NCBI GenBank assembly: GCA_965261975.1
Contig: CBDHEC010000019.1
Coordinates: 1-50,548, forward strand
From: Alphaproteobacteria bacterium
GTDB lineage: Bacteria; Pseudomonadota; Alphaproteobacteria; UBA6615
Length of the DNA stretch: 50,548 nucleotides
Direction of reading: 5' to 3'
The notes under the pieces are model-generated. The model worked only from the letters and a program-made list of their open reading frames with translations. It was not told where the DNA came from and did no database searches. Positions 32,030 through 42,406 of this stretch are shown in pieces (within the stretch, counting starts at the first letter, position 1; each line of letters begins with the position of its first letter). The position numbers were made by a program, and so were the translations under genes.

Positions 32030-33928
32030 ATGCTCGAAGCGCTGAGAAATAGCTCCAAAAGCTGGGTGATGAAAGTCATCCTGGGGGCACTCGCCCTGAC
32101 CTTCGTACTGTTCTTCGGAACCGATTTCGGCGGGGGCGGCGGGCATGGTGGCGGCCATTCGGCCACGACCCCCGTGGTCGAGGTCGGCGAGACGAACTTC
32201 ACGGTCCATCAGATCAGCCGGGAGTTGAACGATCAGATTCAGCGCGCGGCACAATTTACCGGTCAGCAGTTGGACACCCAATCGGCCATCCAGGCCGGGC
32301 TCCTCGAGCGCGCCATCTCCCAGTTGGTCAACCGCAGCCTGTTTGATCAGGCAGCACAGCAGTTGGGGGTGACCACATCACTCGACGCGGCCGCAACGGC
32401 GATCCGCTCCCTGCCCCAGTTCCAGGGCCCCAGCGGTCGTTTCGAGCGCGCCCAGTTCGAACGTTTTCTGCTGCACAACAATCAGACGGAAGAGGATTTC
32501 GTGAACCAGGTTCGCATGGACCTCCTGCGCACCCAGTATATCGACACCATCCGGAATGCCGTCGCCGCACCGGCGCCGCTAACGGACACCATCTTCAAGC
32601 GCCGCGGTGAACGCCGGGTGGCCGAGCTCGTCGTCGTGCCACCGCGTCCCGACGCTCAGGTCGGCGATCCCGATTCGACCCAGTTGCTCGGTTTTTATGA
32701 CGACAACAAGGACGCCTTCGAGACGCCCGAGTTTCGCGTGGCGAGCGTCGCCAGTATGGATGCGGAAACCCTGGCACGGGAGATCGTGATCCCCGAAGAA
32801 GACCTGCGTGAGGAATATGCGGTCCGGGGTAACGAGTTCGTCCAGGCCGAAGTCCGCGATGTTGCGCAAGCCACCTTCCTGTCACGCGAAGACGCCCAGC
32901 GCGCCGCCGACATGATCCGGGACGGCAAGAGTTTCGAAGAGGCCGCCGAAGAGGTCTCCGGCCTGCCCCCGGTCGATCTGGGGAGCGTCAAACCCTCCGA
33001 CGTGCCGGTCACCGAGCTGGCCGATGCCGCCTTCCGGCTGGACGCCGACGTGGTCAGTGACCCGGTCGAGAGCGACCTTGGCTGGCACCTCGTACGCGCA
33101 GGCAACATCAAGCCCGGCCGCACGATCCCGTTTGAAGAGGCCCGCGATGCCTTGCGCACCGAGCTGGCACTCGAGGAAGCCCGCGACGCGATTTTCGACG
33201 TCCTGAATGACGTCGAGGACGGGCTGGCCGGCGGCGCTTCGCTCGACGAAGTCGCCCGCGACAGCAACCTGATACGGACCCGGATCGATGGTGTGGCCCA
33301 GGCCGGTCAGCTGCGATCCGAACAGGCCGACCCGGATGGCGCCGTCACCGCCGAACTGGTGCAGCGCCTCTTCGCCATCGACGAAGTGGGCGTGACAGAG
33401 ACGATCGAGGAGCGCAATGGCGGTTTCGTCGTGGTCCGCCTCGATGAGATTGTGGCGCCCCGCATCCCGTCCCTCGACGAAATACGCGAGCTTGCGATCC
33501 GGGCCTGGAAGGCCGATCGCGTGGCGACACTGGCTGAAGAAACCGCGCAGAAAATCGCCGACCGGGCGCGCGGCGGCGAGAGCCTTGAGACCCTGGCCGG
33601 TGAATTCAACGCACAGTTTGAACGCACACCGGCCTTCGATCGGACCGGCGACGGGTCGACCATCGCCACCGAGTTGATCGCATCTGTGTTCGAGATCAAT
33701 CGCGGCGAAATCGTCGAGCAACCGCTGTCCAGCGGTGCCGCCGTCGCCAAGTTGATCGACATCGAACCCGCTGCCATGTCCGACCCGGCCCGCGGGGAAA
33801 TGGCCGCAGCATTGACCGGCCAGATCGCCAACGACCTGGTCACCCAACTGTCGGTCGCGTTACAGGAAGAGATCGGTGTCGAAATCAATCAGAATGCGCT
33901 CGAAGATGCATTCCTGCCGCAGAGATGA
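32030..33928 (+). CDS. ppiD: PpiD/SurA-like periplasmic chaperone with parvulin domain
   Basis: N-terminal membrane anchor (MLEALR...KVILGALALTFVLFFG), SurA N-terminal region, and parvulin motif SDPVESDLGWHLV; sits between tpiA and trpE. Confidence 0.85.
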   Translation: MLEALRNSSKSWVMKVILGALALTFVLFFGTDFGGGGGHGGGHSATTPVVEVGETNFTVHQISRELNDQIQRAAQFTGQQLDTQSAIQAGLLERAISQLVNRSLFDQAAQQLGVTTSLDAAATAIRSLPQFQGPSGRFERAQFERFLLHNNQTEEDFVNQVRMDLLRTQYIDTIRNAVAAPAPLTDTIFKRRGERRVAELVVVPPRPDAQVGDPDSTQLLGFYDDNKDAFETPEFRVASVASMDAETLAREIVIPEEDLREEYAVRGNEFVQAEVRDVAQATFLSREDAQRAADMIRDGKSFEEAAEEVSGLPPVDLGSVKPSDVPVTELADAAFRLDADVVSDPVESDLGWHLVRAGNIKPGRTIPFEEARDALRTELALEEARDAIFDVLNDVEDGLAGGASLDEVARDSNLIRTRIDGVAQAGQLRSEQADPDGAVTAELVQRLFAIDEVGVTETIEERNGGFVVVRLDEIVAPRIPSLDEIRELAIRAWKADRVATLAEETAQKIADRARGGESLETLAGEFNAQFERTPAFDRTGDGSTIATELIASVFEINRGEIVEQPLSSGAAVAKLIDIEPAAMSDPARGEMAAALTGQIANDLVTQLSVALQEEIGVEINQNALEDAFLPQR

Positions 33929-33943
33929 ACCGGTACACGTAAC

Positions 33944-35449
33944 GTGACCCTGCAAACCGCCACCGACACCGAATCTTTCGCCGCCCGCTACGCCAATGGC
34001 GAACCCCAGCTTGTCTGGACCGAACTGGTTGCCGATCTCGAGACCCCGGTCTCCGCGCTTCTCAAACTCGCTGATGACGAAAAGCATTCGATCCTGCTGG
34101 AATCGGTCGAGGGCGGTGCAGTGCGCGGTCGCTACTCCATCCTCGCCTTTTCGCCCGACCTGATCTGGCGTTGCACCGGCGAGAATGCCGAGATCAACCG
34201 GAACGCCCGCACATCGCCCGACGCTTTTGAGCCCATGGAGGGCAAGAGCCTCGATCTACTCTCCGCACTGGTCGACGAATGCCGGATCGAGATCCCGCCG
34301 GAACTCCCGCCGATGGCCGCCGGCCTGTTCGGTTATTTCGCCTATGACGCCGTGCGCCTGATGGAACGGCTGCCTGACGACAACCCGGATTCGATCGACA
34401 TTCCGGATTCGGTGTTCTTCCGGCCGACGATCATCGCCGTGTTCGACAATGTCGCCGACAAGGTCACGCTGGTGACACCGGTCTGGGCCGATCCGGCCAT
34501 CGATTGCGACAGCGCCTATGCCGACGCCTGCGCGCGGCTCGATGCGGCCGTCGAGGATTTCGACCGCGGCGTGCCCCGTATCGCCAGCGTACCCGAAGGC
34601 TCCGAGGTCGAGATCAACCCGGTGTCGAACCGCACCCAGGGCGAGTATCACGCCATGGTCGAGGCGGCGAAGGAGTATGTCCGCGCCGGCGACATCTTCC
34701 AGGTCGTCCCTTCCCAGCGTTTCAGCTTCCCCTTCGATCTGCCGCCCGCGGCGCTCTACCGTTCGCTGCGCCGGCTCAACCCGTCGCCGTTCCTGTTCGT
34801 GCTCAACGTCGGGGGATTCTCGCTCGTGGGGTCGAGCCCGGAGATTCTCGTACGCCTGCGTGACGACACGGTCACGGTGCGGCCCATCGCCGGCACCCGG
34901 CCGCGCGGCGCAACGCCCGACGCCGACGAGGCCCTTGCCGAGGAACTGCTCGCCGACCCCAAGGAACAGGCCGAGCATCTGATGCTGCTCGATCTGGGCC
35001 GCAACGATGTGGGGCGGGTCTCCGAGATTGGTACCGTCGAGGTCACGGAAGAGTTCACCATCGAGCGCTACAGTCACGTCATGCACATCGTCTCCAACGT
35101 GCAAGGCCGGGTGAAGCCCGGCACCCGAGCGGTCGATGCCCTGGCCGCGGGCTTCCCCGCCGGCACGGTGTCGGGCGCGCCGAAAATCCGGGCGATGGAA
35201 ATCATCGATGAGCTCGAGGACGAGCGCCGGAGCTTCTATGCGGGCGCGGTCGGCTACTTCGCAGCCGACGGCAGCATGGACACGTGCATCACCTTGCGCA
35301 CGGCCCTCATCAAGGACGGCATGATGTATGTGCAGGCCGGCGGCGGCGTGGTCGCGGATTCAGACCCCGAGGCCGAGTATCAGGAAAGCCAGAACAAGGC
35401 CCGCGCCCTCATCCGCGCGGCCGAACAGGCCCACCGCTTCGTGAACTAG
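33944..35449 (+). CDS. trpE: Anthranilate synthase component I
   Basis: Motifs LLES, GDIFQVV.SQRF, NPSP, PIAGTR, EHLMLLDLGRND and GTVSGAPK. Confidence 0.97.
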   Translation: MTLQTATDTESFAARYANGEPQLVWTELVADLETPVSALLKLADDEKHSILLESVEGGAVRGRYSILAFSPDLIWRCTGENAEINRNARTSPDAFEPMEGKSLDLLSALVDECRIEIPPELPPMAAGLFGYFAYDAVRLMERLPDDNPDSIDIPDSVFFRPTIIAVFDNVADKVTLVTPVWADPAIDCDSAYADACARLDAAVEDFDRGVPRIASVPEGSEVEINPVSNRTQGEYHAMVEAAKEYVRAGDIFQVVPSQRFSFPFDLPPAALYRSLRRLNPSPFLFVLNVGGFSLVGSSPEILVRLRDDTVTVRPIAGTRPRGATPDADEALAEELLADPKEQAEHLMLLDLGRNDVGRVSEIGTVEVTEEFTIERYSHVMHIVSNVQGRVKPGTRAVDALAAGFPAGTVSGAPKIRAMEIIDELEDERRSFYAGAVGYFAADGSMDTCITLRTALIKDGMMYVQAGGGVVADSDPEAEYQESQNKARALIRAAEQAHRFVN

Positions 35450-35455
35450 CCGCCC

Positions 35456-35806
35456 CTAGTTGGGGAGCTCGATCCCGATCGCCTCGTCATACGCCACGAA
35501 GGCGTTTTCCATGCCGATCAGCACACGGGTGATGTGGAAATACGGCGTCATGAACAGCGGGCCGTCCTTAATCTCTTCCCACATGCAGTGATAGTCAAAC
35601 AGGTTCGCGAACCGGCAGATCACGAAGTCGGAACACTCGCCGCTGAGCGCGTCCGCGTCGTGCCAGACCACGCTCACCTTGGGGTGGGCAGCGACAATCT
35701 CCTGCAGCGCCAGCCAGTGGGCGGCACGTTCCTCGCGCGAGAGCTGCAGATAGGTCGCCTCGACCTTCAGCTCGACCACGGCGACGGTGACGGGTTCTTC
35801 GGCCAT
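35456..35806 (-). CDS. Darcynin-like protein of unknown function
   Basis: LQLSREER..H, V.WHDADALSG.CSD, Y....E.IKD.PLF..PYF.I and ENAF match the darcynin pattern as I recall it; SD GGAGG. Confidence 0.7.
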   Translation of the reverse strand: MAEEPVTVAVVELKVEATYLQLSREERAAHWLALQEIVAAHPKVSVVWHDADALSGECSDFVICRFANLFDYHCMWEEIKDGPLFMTPYFHITRVLIGMENAFVAYDEAIGIELPN

Positions 35807-35915
35807 CGCGTTTCCTCCGATTTACCTATCAATCGATCAATTAGGCGCCCGCCTATCACCTGGGTCTTCACCAGAGGATGTATGGTGCAGCCCAAATGGT
35901 ACAAAGCGGACGCCA

Positions 35916-36500
35916 ATGACTTTCGACTGGGACGAACACGCCGGCGGCTGGGACGAAAACCCAGACGTCAGAACCTATGCGGACCACGCCTTCGCGTCCC
36001 TCGCCGCTGTCAGAGACATTGCGGGTGCGCGGGTCTTTGACTTCGGCTGCGGCACCGGCCTGCTCTCCGAAAAGATCGCACGTGACGCCGCTGCGGTCGT
36101 CGCCCTCGATCCGTCGCAAAAAATGCTCGACGTGCTGGCCCGAAAGGGCATCGCGAACGTCTCACACGTCGCGGGCGAACTCACGGCCGACCTCATTACC
36201 CGCGAGCCCGCGCTCAAAACCGAATTCGACCTGATCGTCGCGTCGTCGGCCCTGGCCTTCGTGCCGGACTATGCCCAGACCCTGCGACGTTTGCGCGGGC
36301 TGCTGTGCCCCGGCGGCATGTTCGTCCAGTGGGACTGGCTGGCGACCCCGGACTCGCCTGATTTCGGCTTTACCGAACCCGACATCCGGGGCGCAATGAT
36401 CGCGGCAGGATTCATCGAACCGACCATCACGCGGCCGTTTGTGATCACGCGGGGCGACGATGGGCCCATGGCGGTCCTGATGGCAGTGACGTCGGCCTAG
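35916..36500 (+). CDS. Class I SAM-dependent methyltransferase
   Basis: Motif I VFDFGCGTG, ALDPS..ML, FDLIVASS and LCPGG; start MTFDWDEHAGGWD at ATG 35916. Confidence 0.88.
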   Translation: MTFDWDEHAGGWDENPDVRTYADHAFASLAAVRDIAGARVFDFGCGTGLLSEKIARDAAAVVALDPSQKMLDVLARKGIANVSHVAGELTADLITREPALKTEFDLIVASSALAFVPDYAQTLRRLRGLLCPGGMFVQWDWLATPDSPDFGFTEPDIRGAMIAAGFIEPTITRPFVITRGDDGPMAVLMAVTSA

Positions 36501-37546
36501 TTTCCGGCGGTCTTTCTGTCAGCTCCGAGGCGCAAGGCCACGGCACTCACCGGCACCAGCGCGAACCCCCGCGCGCGCACGTCCGGCAACCACTCCTCCA
36601 GCGCCTCGATCGTCGCGTCCCTGGGGTGGCCAATGGCAATCGCATGCCCCCGGCGCCGCGCGATCTCTTCGACCTGGTCGAGGGCCGCCCGCACCGCGAT
36701 CGGCGACGGGTCATGATCCAGGAAAACATCTCGCTGCAGCGCCGGTATCCCGTGTTTTTCCGCCTCGGCATGGGCCACGGTCGCACCCGAGGTACGGCTG
36801 TCGAGGAACAACAGACCCCGGTCGCGCAGCTTCGACATCACGGCGGCCATGGCCGTCGGGTCCGACGTCGCCTTGCTGCCCATATGGTTGTTGATCCCGA
36901 CGAAACGGTTGAACTGGGATAGGTTCCAATCGATCCGGCGGCCGAATTCCATCGGCGTGAGGCTGGTCAAAAGTGCGTTGGGACCCGGATCGACGCCCGC
37001 ACCCGGTTCCATGGGTACATGCACGAGCAATTCATGGCCCGCCGCACGCGCCGCACCGGTCTGCGCGTCGAGGTCACGCCCGTAGGCCAGAAAGGCAAGG
37101 GTTAGCGGTGGCGGCAAGGCCGCGGTCCGCTCGGATCGCGCACGGTCGAGCCCCATATCATCGATCACCACCGCAATCATCGGCTGGCCCGGTGTGACGG
37201 TGACCGGCATCGCGTTACGCCGCCATGCCGGCTCAGGCGGCGGCGACGGAACGGCTGCAACCTGCGGGGCGACCGGCGGCGCGGGCGCCACCGCCACCTC
37301 GGGCTGAGGCGTGGGTCGGGATGTCATCGCGGGTATCTGGGTCGTGGCGATGCGCGGTGCCGGGGTCTCGCGCGCGCCGGGGCCGAACATCAGGATCGCC
37401 ACGAGCGCCAGGACGGCAACGCTCAGCGCGCCGGCCGTAACCCACACAAGACCAACGAGACGCGAAGGCTTCGGCTTGAGCTTCTGCGTCTGTTTGCGCG
37501 CCGGTTTGCGCGGCTTGGTCCTGGTTCTGCGGGCCGGTTTGGCCAT
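36497..37546 (-). CDS. Divergent polysaccharide deacetylase family protein (YibQ-like)
   Basis: N-terminal TM and Pro-rich linker, then IAVVIDDMG, HELLVHVPMEP, GINNHMGS, FLDSRT, RDVFLD and AIGHP. Confidence 0.92.
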   Translation of the reverse strand: MAKPARRTRTKPRKPARKQTQKLKPKPSRLVGLVWVTAGALSVAVLALVAILMFGPGARETPAPRIATTQIPAMTSRPTPQPEVAVAPAPPVAPQVAAVPSPPPEPAWRRNAMPVTVTPGQPMIAVVIDDMGLDRARSERTAALPPPLTLAFLAYGRDLDAQTGAARAAGHELLVHVPMEPGAGVDPGPNALLTSLTPMEFGRRIDWNLSQFNRFVGINNHMGSKATSDPTAMAAVMSKLRDRGLLFLDSRTSGATVAHAEAEKHGIPALQRDVFLDHDPSPIAVRAALDQVEEIARRRGHAIAIGHPRDATIEALEEWLPDVRARGFALVPVSAVALRLGADRKTAGN

Positions 37547-37652
37547 GGGGTGACGACTCGTTTGCGCGATAGCCTGATAGAAAGACAGGTAATTGGGGCA
37601 CGCTTATGACAGATTCGCCCGTGATCGGTCCCGTTTCGGCGCGCGCCCTGCT

Positions 37653-37742
37653 TTGCCGCCCCGGACAACGCTGTTATAAGTCTCCGCCCCGCGGCCCAGC
37701 AGCTGCAAGGTCGCGGAACGAAACTCAAGGTCGCCGGACAAC
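37653..37742 (+). promoter_or_regulatory. Putative trpGDC promoter and structured leader
   Basis: TTGCCG-N16-TATAAG with an extended TG. Leader stem CCGCGGCC/GGTCGCGG; CAAGGTCGC occurs twice. Confidence 0.45.
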
Positions 37743-37750
37743 CCATTGAG

Positions 37751-38380
37751 ATGTTTCTCTTAATCGACAACTACGACAGCTTTACCTACAACCTCGTCCA
37801 CTTCCTGGGTGAGCTTGGGGTGACCTGTGATGTCCGGCGTAACGATACCCTGACACCCGAGGAAGCGATCGCGATCGCACCCGAGGCGATCGTGATCTCG
37901 CCGGGCCCGTCCGATCCGAATCACGCCGGCATCTGCCTCGACCTCGTCGCGAAGGCCGCGGAAGCGCGCATGCCCACGCTGGGTGTATGTCTGGGACACC
38001 AGACCATCGGCCAGGCCTTCGGCGGCACGATTATCCGAGCGCCCGAGCCGATGCACGGCAAGGTCGACCGGGTACGCCACGGCGGTCAGGGCCTGTTTCG
38101 CGGCCTACCCAACCCGGTAGACGCGACCCGGTATCACTCGCTCTGCGTCGAGCAGGCCACCCTGCCCGACTGTTTCGAGATCACCGCGCAGACGTCCGAC
38201 GACGTGATCATGGGCCTGAGCCACAAGGAACTGCCGATCCACGGCGTGCAATTCCACCCGGAGAGTATCGCCACGGAGGCCGGACACGACCTGCTGGCAA
38301 ATTTTGTTGAACTTGCCACCGGCCAGCCGGTGGAGGCGTATGGCGACGACACGCGCGCCGGAGAGATGATGGCGTTATGA
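37751..38380 (+). CDS. trpG: Anthranilate synthase component II (glutamine amidotransferase)
   Basis: Motifs IDNYDSFTYNL, SPGP, GVCLGHQ, RYHSL and QFHPES. Confidence 0.96.
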   Translation: MFLLIDNYDSFTYNLVHFLGELGVTCDVRRNDTLTPEEAIAIAPEAIVISPGPSDPNHAGICLDLVAKAAEARMPTLGVCLGHQTIGQAFGGTIIRAPEPMHGKVDRVRHGGQGLFRGLPNPVDATRYHSLCVEQATLPDCFEITAQTSDDVIMGLSHKELPIHGVQFHPESIATEAGHDLLANFVELATGQPVEAYGDDTRAGEMMAL

Positions 38381-39408
38381 CTTCTGATATGGACGATCTG
38401 AAACCACTCCTCGCGCGGGTCGCAGACGGCGGCACCCTGGGCGAGGACGAAGCCGAGACGGCCTTCGACATCATCATGTCCGGCAACGCCACGCCCGCAC
38501 AGATCGGCGCCTTCCTGATGGCGCTGCGGCTGCGTGGCGAGACCGTGGGCGAGATTACGGGTGCCGCACGCGCCATGCGGGCCAAGGCCCACATCATCGA
38601 CGCCCCTGATGGCGCGATGGACATCGTCGGTACCGGCGGCGACGGCACGGGCACCCTGAACATCTCCACGGCCTCGGCGATTGTCGTGGCGGGCTGCGGT
38701 GTGCCCATCGCCAAACATGGCAACCGCGCGCTGAGCTCCAAAACGGGCGCGGCGGACGTGCTGACAGAACTCGGCATCAACATCGATGCGGATTTCGACC
38801 TGATCCGGGAATCGATCTGGGAGAACAATCTCGGCTTCCTGATGGCGCCACGCCATCACAGCGCCATGCGCAACGTCGCCGGGCCGCGGGTCGAACTGGG
38901 CACCCGCACGATCTTCAACATTCTCGGGCCGCTGTCGAATCCATCGCTGGTGAAACGCCAGATGACCGGTGTGTTCGCGCCGCAATGGACTGAACCGATG
39001 GCCCATGTGCTCGGCAATCTCGGCCTGACCCGCGCCTGGGTGGTGCACGGCTCCGACGGAACCGACGAGTTGACGACCACCGGGCCGTCGCGGGTCTCGG
39101 AACTCAAGGACGGCACGGTGACGACCTATGAGGTCAATCCCGAAGACGCGGATCTGCCGCGCGGCACGCTGGAAGACATCAAGGGTGGCGACGCCGCCTA
39201 TAATGCGGCCGCCGTGCATGAATTGCTCGACGGCAAGCAAAGTGCCTACCGCAACGCCGTGATACTGACAGCCGCCGGATCATTGATGATCGCCGACAAG
39301 GCAGACAATCTGCTGGACGGCGCGAAGATCGCCCGCGAGGCAATCGATTCGGGCGCTGCACGTGATTGTCTTGCCCGCCTCGTCGAGATCACCAACCGGG
39401 GCGCGTGA
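38377..39408 (+). CDS. trpD: Anthranilate phosphoribosyltransferase
   Basis: Motifs [18 protein letters not shown] and RTIFN.LGPL.NP. Confidence 0.97.
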   Translation: MTSDMDDLKPLLARVADGGTLGEDEAETAFDIIMSGNATPAQIGAFLMALRLRGETVGEITGAARAMRAKAHIIDAPDGAMDIVGTGGDGTGTLNISTASAIVVAGCGVPIAKHGNRALSSKTGAADVLTELGINIDADFDLIRESIWENNLGFLMAPRHHSAMRNVAGPRVELGTRTIFNILGPLSNPSLVKRQMTGVFAPQWTEPMAHVLGNLGLTRAWVVHGSDGTDELTTTGPSRVSELKDGTVTTYEVNPEDADLPRGTLEDIKGGDAAYNAAAVHELLDGKQSAYRNAVILTAAGSLMIADKADNLLDGAKIAREAIDSGAARDCLARLVEITNRGA

Positions 39409-39409
39409 C

Positions 39410-40225
39410 ATGTCCGACGTGCTTACAAAGATCAACAACGACAAGCGCGAGCATATCGCCGCATGCAAGGCCGCGACGTCATTGGCCACGCTTGAGGAGC
39501 GCGCAAATGCCGCCGGCGAGACCCGGGGTTTCGCGCAACGGCTTGGCGAACGCGCGGCCGCCGGGCGCTTCGGCCTGATCGCCGAAATCAAGAAGGCCAG
39601 CCCGAGCAAGGGGTTGATCCGCGAGGATTTCGATCCGCCATCGATCGCGAAGGCCTATGAGGACGGCGGGGCGACCTGCATGTCGGTGCTGACCGACACG
39701 CCGTATTTCCAGGGCCGCGACGAAGACCTGGTCGCCGCCCGGGCTGCCGTATCCCTCCCCGCCATCCGCAAGGACTTCATGCTCGACCCCTACCAGGTCG
39801 TCGAAGCCCGCGCGCTGGGTGCCGACTGTATTCTGCTGATCATGGCCGGACTGGAAGACGGCCAGGCCGCCGAACTCGCCGCCGCCGCCCATGACTGGGG
39901 GATGGACGTGCTGGTCGAGGTGCACAGTGCGGAGGAGCTCGACCGGGCCCTCGAAATCGATGGCGACCTGATCGGCATCAACAACCGAAACCTGAAGACG
40001 CTCACAGTGGACCTGGCAACAACGGAAGAACTCGCGCCGCGGGTCCCGTCCGACCGGGTGCTGGTTTGCGAGAGCGGGCTGTTCACGCCGGATGATCTGG
40101 TGCGCATGTCGGGTGTCGGCGCGCGGTGTTTCCTGATCGGGGAATCCCTGATGCGCCAGGACGACATCGCCGGCGCAGTGCGCGACCTGCTTGCACCCGG
40201 CGAGACCCTGCAGGAAAGCGCCTGA
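39410..40225 (+). CDS. trpC: Indole-3-glycerol phosphate synthase
   Basis: Motifs [28 protein letters not shown] and ESG. Confidence 0.97.
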   Translation: MSDVLTKINNDKREHIAACKAATSLATLEERANAAGETRGFAQRLGERAAAGRFGLIAEIKKASPSKGLIREDFDPPSIAKAYEDGGATCMSVLTDTPYFQGRDEDLVAARAAVSLPAIRKDFMLDPYQVVEARALGADCILLIMAGLEDGQAAELAAAAHDWGMDVLVEVHSAEELDRALEIDGDLIGINNRNLKTLTVDLATTEELAPRVPSDRVLVCESGLFTPDDLVRMSGVGARCFLIGESLMRQDDIAGAVRDLLAPGETLQESA

Positions 40226-40226
40226 C

Positions 40227-40709
40227 ATGACTGACGACAAGCTCACCCATCTCGACGCGGACGGGAATGCCCGGATGGTCGATGTGTCCGACAAGGATGT
40301 CACCCGACGCACCGCCACGGCGGGCTGCCGGGTGATCATGCAGGCCGAGACCATTGCGCTGATCCGCGACGGCGCGGTGAAGAAGGGCGACGTCCTGTCG
40401 ATCGCCCGAATCGCCGGCATTATGGGTGCCAAGAAAACATCCGAACTGATCCCGCTCTGCCACCCCCTGCTGATCACCAAGGCAGATGTGGAGCTTTCCA
40501 TCGATGGCGATGCCAACGCCGTGGTCATCGAAGCGACCGTGCGCGTTGACGGCAAGACCGGCGTCGAGATGGAAGCGCTGACGGCGGCAAGTGTCGCGGC
40601 GCTGACGGTCTATGACATGGTCAAGGCAGTCGATCGGGGCTCGCAGATCACCGACATGCGCCTGCTGCACAAGGCCGGCGGCAAGTCGGGCACCTACGAG
40701 GCGCAATGA
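40227..40709 (+). CDS. moaC: Cyclic pyranopterin monophosphate synthase MoaC
   Basis: Motifs [36 protein letters not shown] and GGKSG. Confidence 0.97.
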   Translation: MTDDKLTHLDADGNARMVDVSDKDVTRRTATAGCRVIMQAETIALIRDGAVKKGDVLSIARIAGIMGAKKTSELIPLCHPLLITKADVELSIDGDANAVVIEATVRVDGKTGVEMEALTAASVAALTVYDMVKAVDRGSQITDMRLLHKAGGKSGTYEAQ

Positions 40710-41164
40710 GCAAGACGCTCTCCCTTGTCCTGCTGATCATCGCCGCGCTCGTCGCGCCGGCAGTGCTGGTGGGTATTGAATGGCTGCGAACGGTTCCGGG
40801 CTATTTCAACCTCGCACCGGGTGTCCCTTACATGCCCAACGGGTTCCTGCAGTTCTACCTGATCGTCACCGGCGCAATGCTGGTCATCGCGGTGCCGTCG
40901 TCGCGCGGGTTGCTGAAGTTGGGTGAGCTGCGGCCCGCCCGGTATATCCGCAACGCCTTGATGATCCTGATCTTCTGGAAAATCATCGACGTCACCATGC
41001 TGTCAGGCGGCGTCCCCGACCTGGATGACATGAGCTCCACGCTCGTACTTTCACTGGGCACTTTCATCTACGGCGCCGTCGCCGGGCTGGTCTTCTGGCG
41101 CATGGCCATCCGGCCTCATCGTTTCGCTCCCCCGCTCCAAGCTTCCGCGGAGCCCGACGCATGA
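40706..41164 (+). CDS. Hypothetical integral membrane protein (about 4 TM)
   Basis: Four hydrophobic segments; ATGA overlaps with both moaC and moeA; GC3-biased codons. Confidence 0.75.
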   Translation: MSKTLSLVLLIIAALVAPAVLVGIEWLRTVPGYFNLAPGVPYMPNGFLQFYLIVTGAMLVIAVPSSRGLLKLGELRPARYIRNALMILIFWKIIDVTMLSGGVPDLDDMSSTLVLSLGTFIYGAVAGLVFWRMAIRPHRFAPPLQASAEPDA

Positions 41165-42384
41165 CCCAGACGCTCATGCCCGTCGCCGACGCGCGGCAAC
41201 GCATCCTCGCCGATCTGCCGGTCATGGCATCCGAGCAGGTCGCGCTCACCGAGGCCCATGGCCGGGTGCTGGCTGCCGATTTGGCCGCCCGGGTGACCCA
41301 GCCGCCGCTCGCCGTCTCGGCGATGGACGGCTACGCCGTGCGCGCGGAGGATGTCGCCGACACGCCTGTGGATCTGACAGTCACCGGCGCGGTGCCGGCC
41401 GGCGGCCTGCACGAAGGCAAGGTCGGCAAGGGCGAAGCCGTGCGCATCTTCACCGGTGCCGCCCTGCCCGACGGCGCCGACGCCATCGTCATCCAGGAAG
41501 ACACGAGCCGTGATGGCGATACGGTGACGGTAAACGAGAGCGTCACCGCGGGCCGCTACGTCCGGCCGGCAGGGCTCGATTTCCAGACAGGTGACGTGCT
41601 GCTCACCGCCGGCAAAATCCTGACATCCCGGGACATCGGGCTCGCCGCGGCCATGAACCATCCCTGGCTGCAGGTACGACGCAAACCCCGCGTGGCCCTG
41701 CTGGCGACCGGCGACGAGATATCCCTGCCCGGCGAAGCGCTCGGCCCGACGAGCATCGTCAGCTCCAACACCTTCGCTCTCGAGGGCCTGATCCGGGCTG
41801 CGGGCGGTGAACCGGTCACACTCGGCATCGCGCCCGACGACAAGGCCGCCATCAGCGCGATGGCCGAAGGTGCCCGGGGCGCGGACATGCTGGTCACCAC
41901 CGGTGGCGCGTCCGTGGGCGAGCATGACCTGGTGCAGGACGCCCTGGCCGACATCGGGCTGGAGCTCGACTTCTGGCAGATCGCCATGCGCCCCGGCAAA
42001 CCGCTGATGTTCGGGCGCCTCGGCTCTGTCCCCATGCTCGGCTTCCCGGGCAATCCCGTCTCATCGACGGTGTGCGGCGTGCTGTTCCTGAAACCCGCAC
42101 TGGCGAAGATGCTCGGAACCGGCGAGACCGAACCCGTCTTCGAGACCGCGACCCTGGGTGTCGATCTGGGGGAAAACGACCGGCGCGAGGACTATCTCCG
42201 CGCCACCCTCACCCGCGACGGCGACACGCTGGTCGCCACGCCGTTTCCCAAGCAGGATAGCTCCATGTTCTCGCGGCTCGCCGCGTCGAACTGCCTCGTG
42301 GTCCGCCCGCCCCACGCGCCCGCCGCCAAGGCCGGTGACCCTGTCGCGTTCGTTCGTTTGGGCACCGGCATGCAGGTCATCTGA
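41161..42384 (+). CDS. moeA: Molybdopterin molybdenumtransferase MoeA
   Basis: Motifs SAMDGYA, RIFTGA, TGDE, TGGASVG, MRPGKP and PGNPVS. Confidence 0.97.
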   Translation: MTQTLMPVADARQRILADLPVMASEQVALTEAHGRVLAADLAARVTQPPLAVSAMDGYAVRAEDVADTPVDLTVTGAVPAGGLHEGKVGKGEAVRIFTGAALPDGADAIVIQEDTSRDGDTVTVNESVTAGRYVRPAGLDFQTGDVLLTAGKILTSRDIGLAAAMNHPWLQVRRKPRVALLATGDEISLPGEALGPTSIVSSNTFALEGLIRAAGGEPVTLGIAPDDKAAISAMAEGARGADMLVTTGGASVGEHDLVQDALADIGLELDFWQIAMRPGKPLMFGRLGSVPMLGFPGNPVSSTVCGVLFLKPALAKMLGTGETEPVFETATLGVDLGENDRREDYLRATLTRDGDTLVATPFPKQDSSMFSRLAASNCLVVRPPHAPAAKAGDPVAFVRLGTGMQVI

Positions 42385-42406
42385 CGCCTGCAAATCAACC
42401 GATCGG

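Noticed and set aside
33929-33943. trp attenuator or leader peptide before trpE
   Set aside because: Only 15 nt separate ppiD and trpE; there is no Trp-rich uORF or terminator.
36497-37546. Polysaccharide deacetylase interrupting the trp genes as a novelty
   Set aside because: A trpE-yibQ-trpGDC arrangement is already known in Rhodobacter-type genomes.
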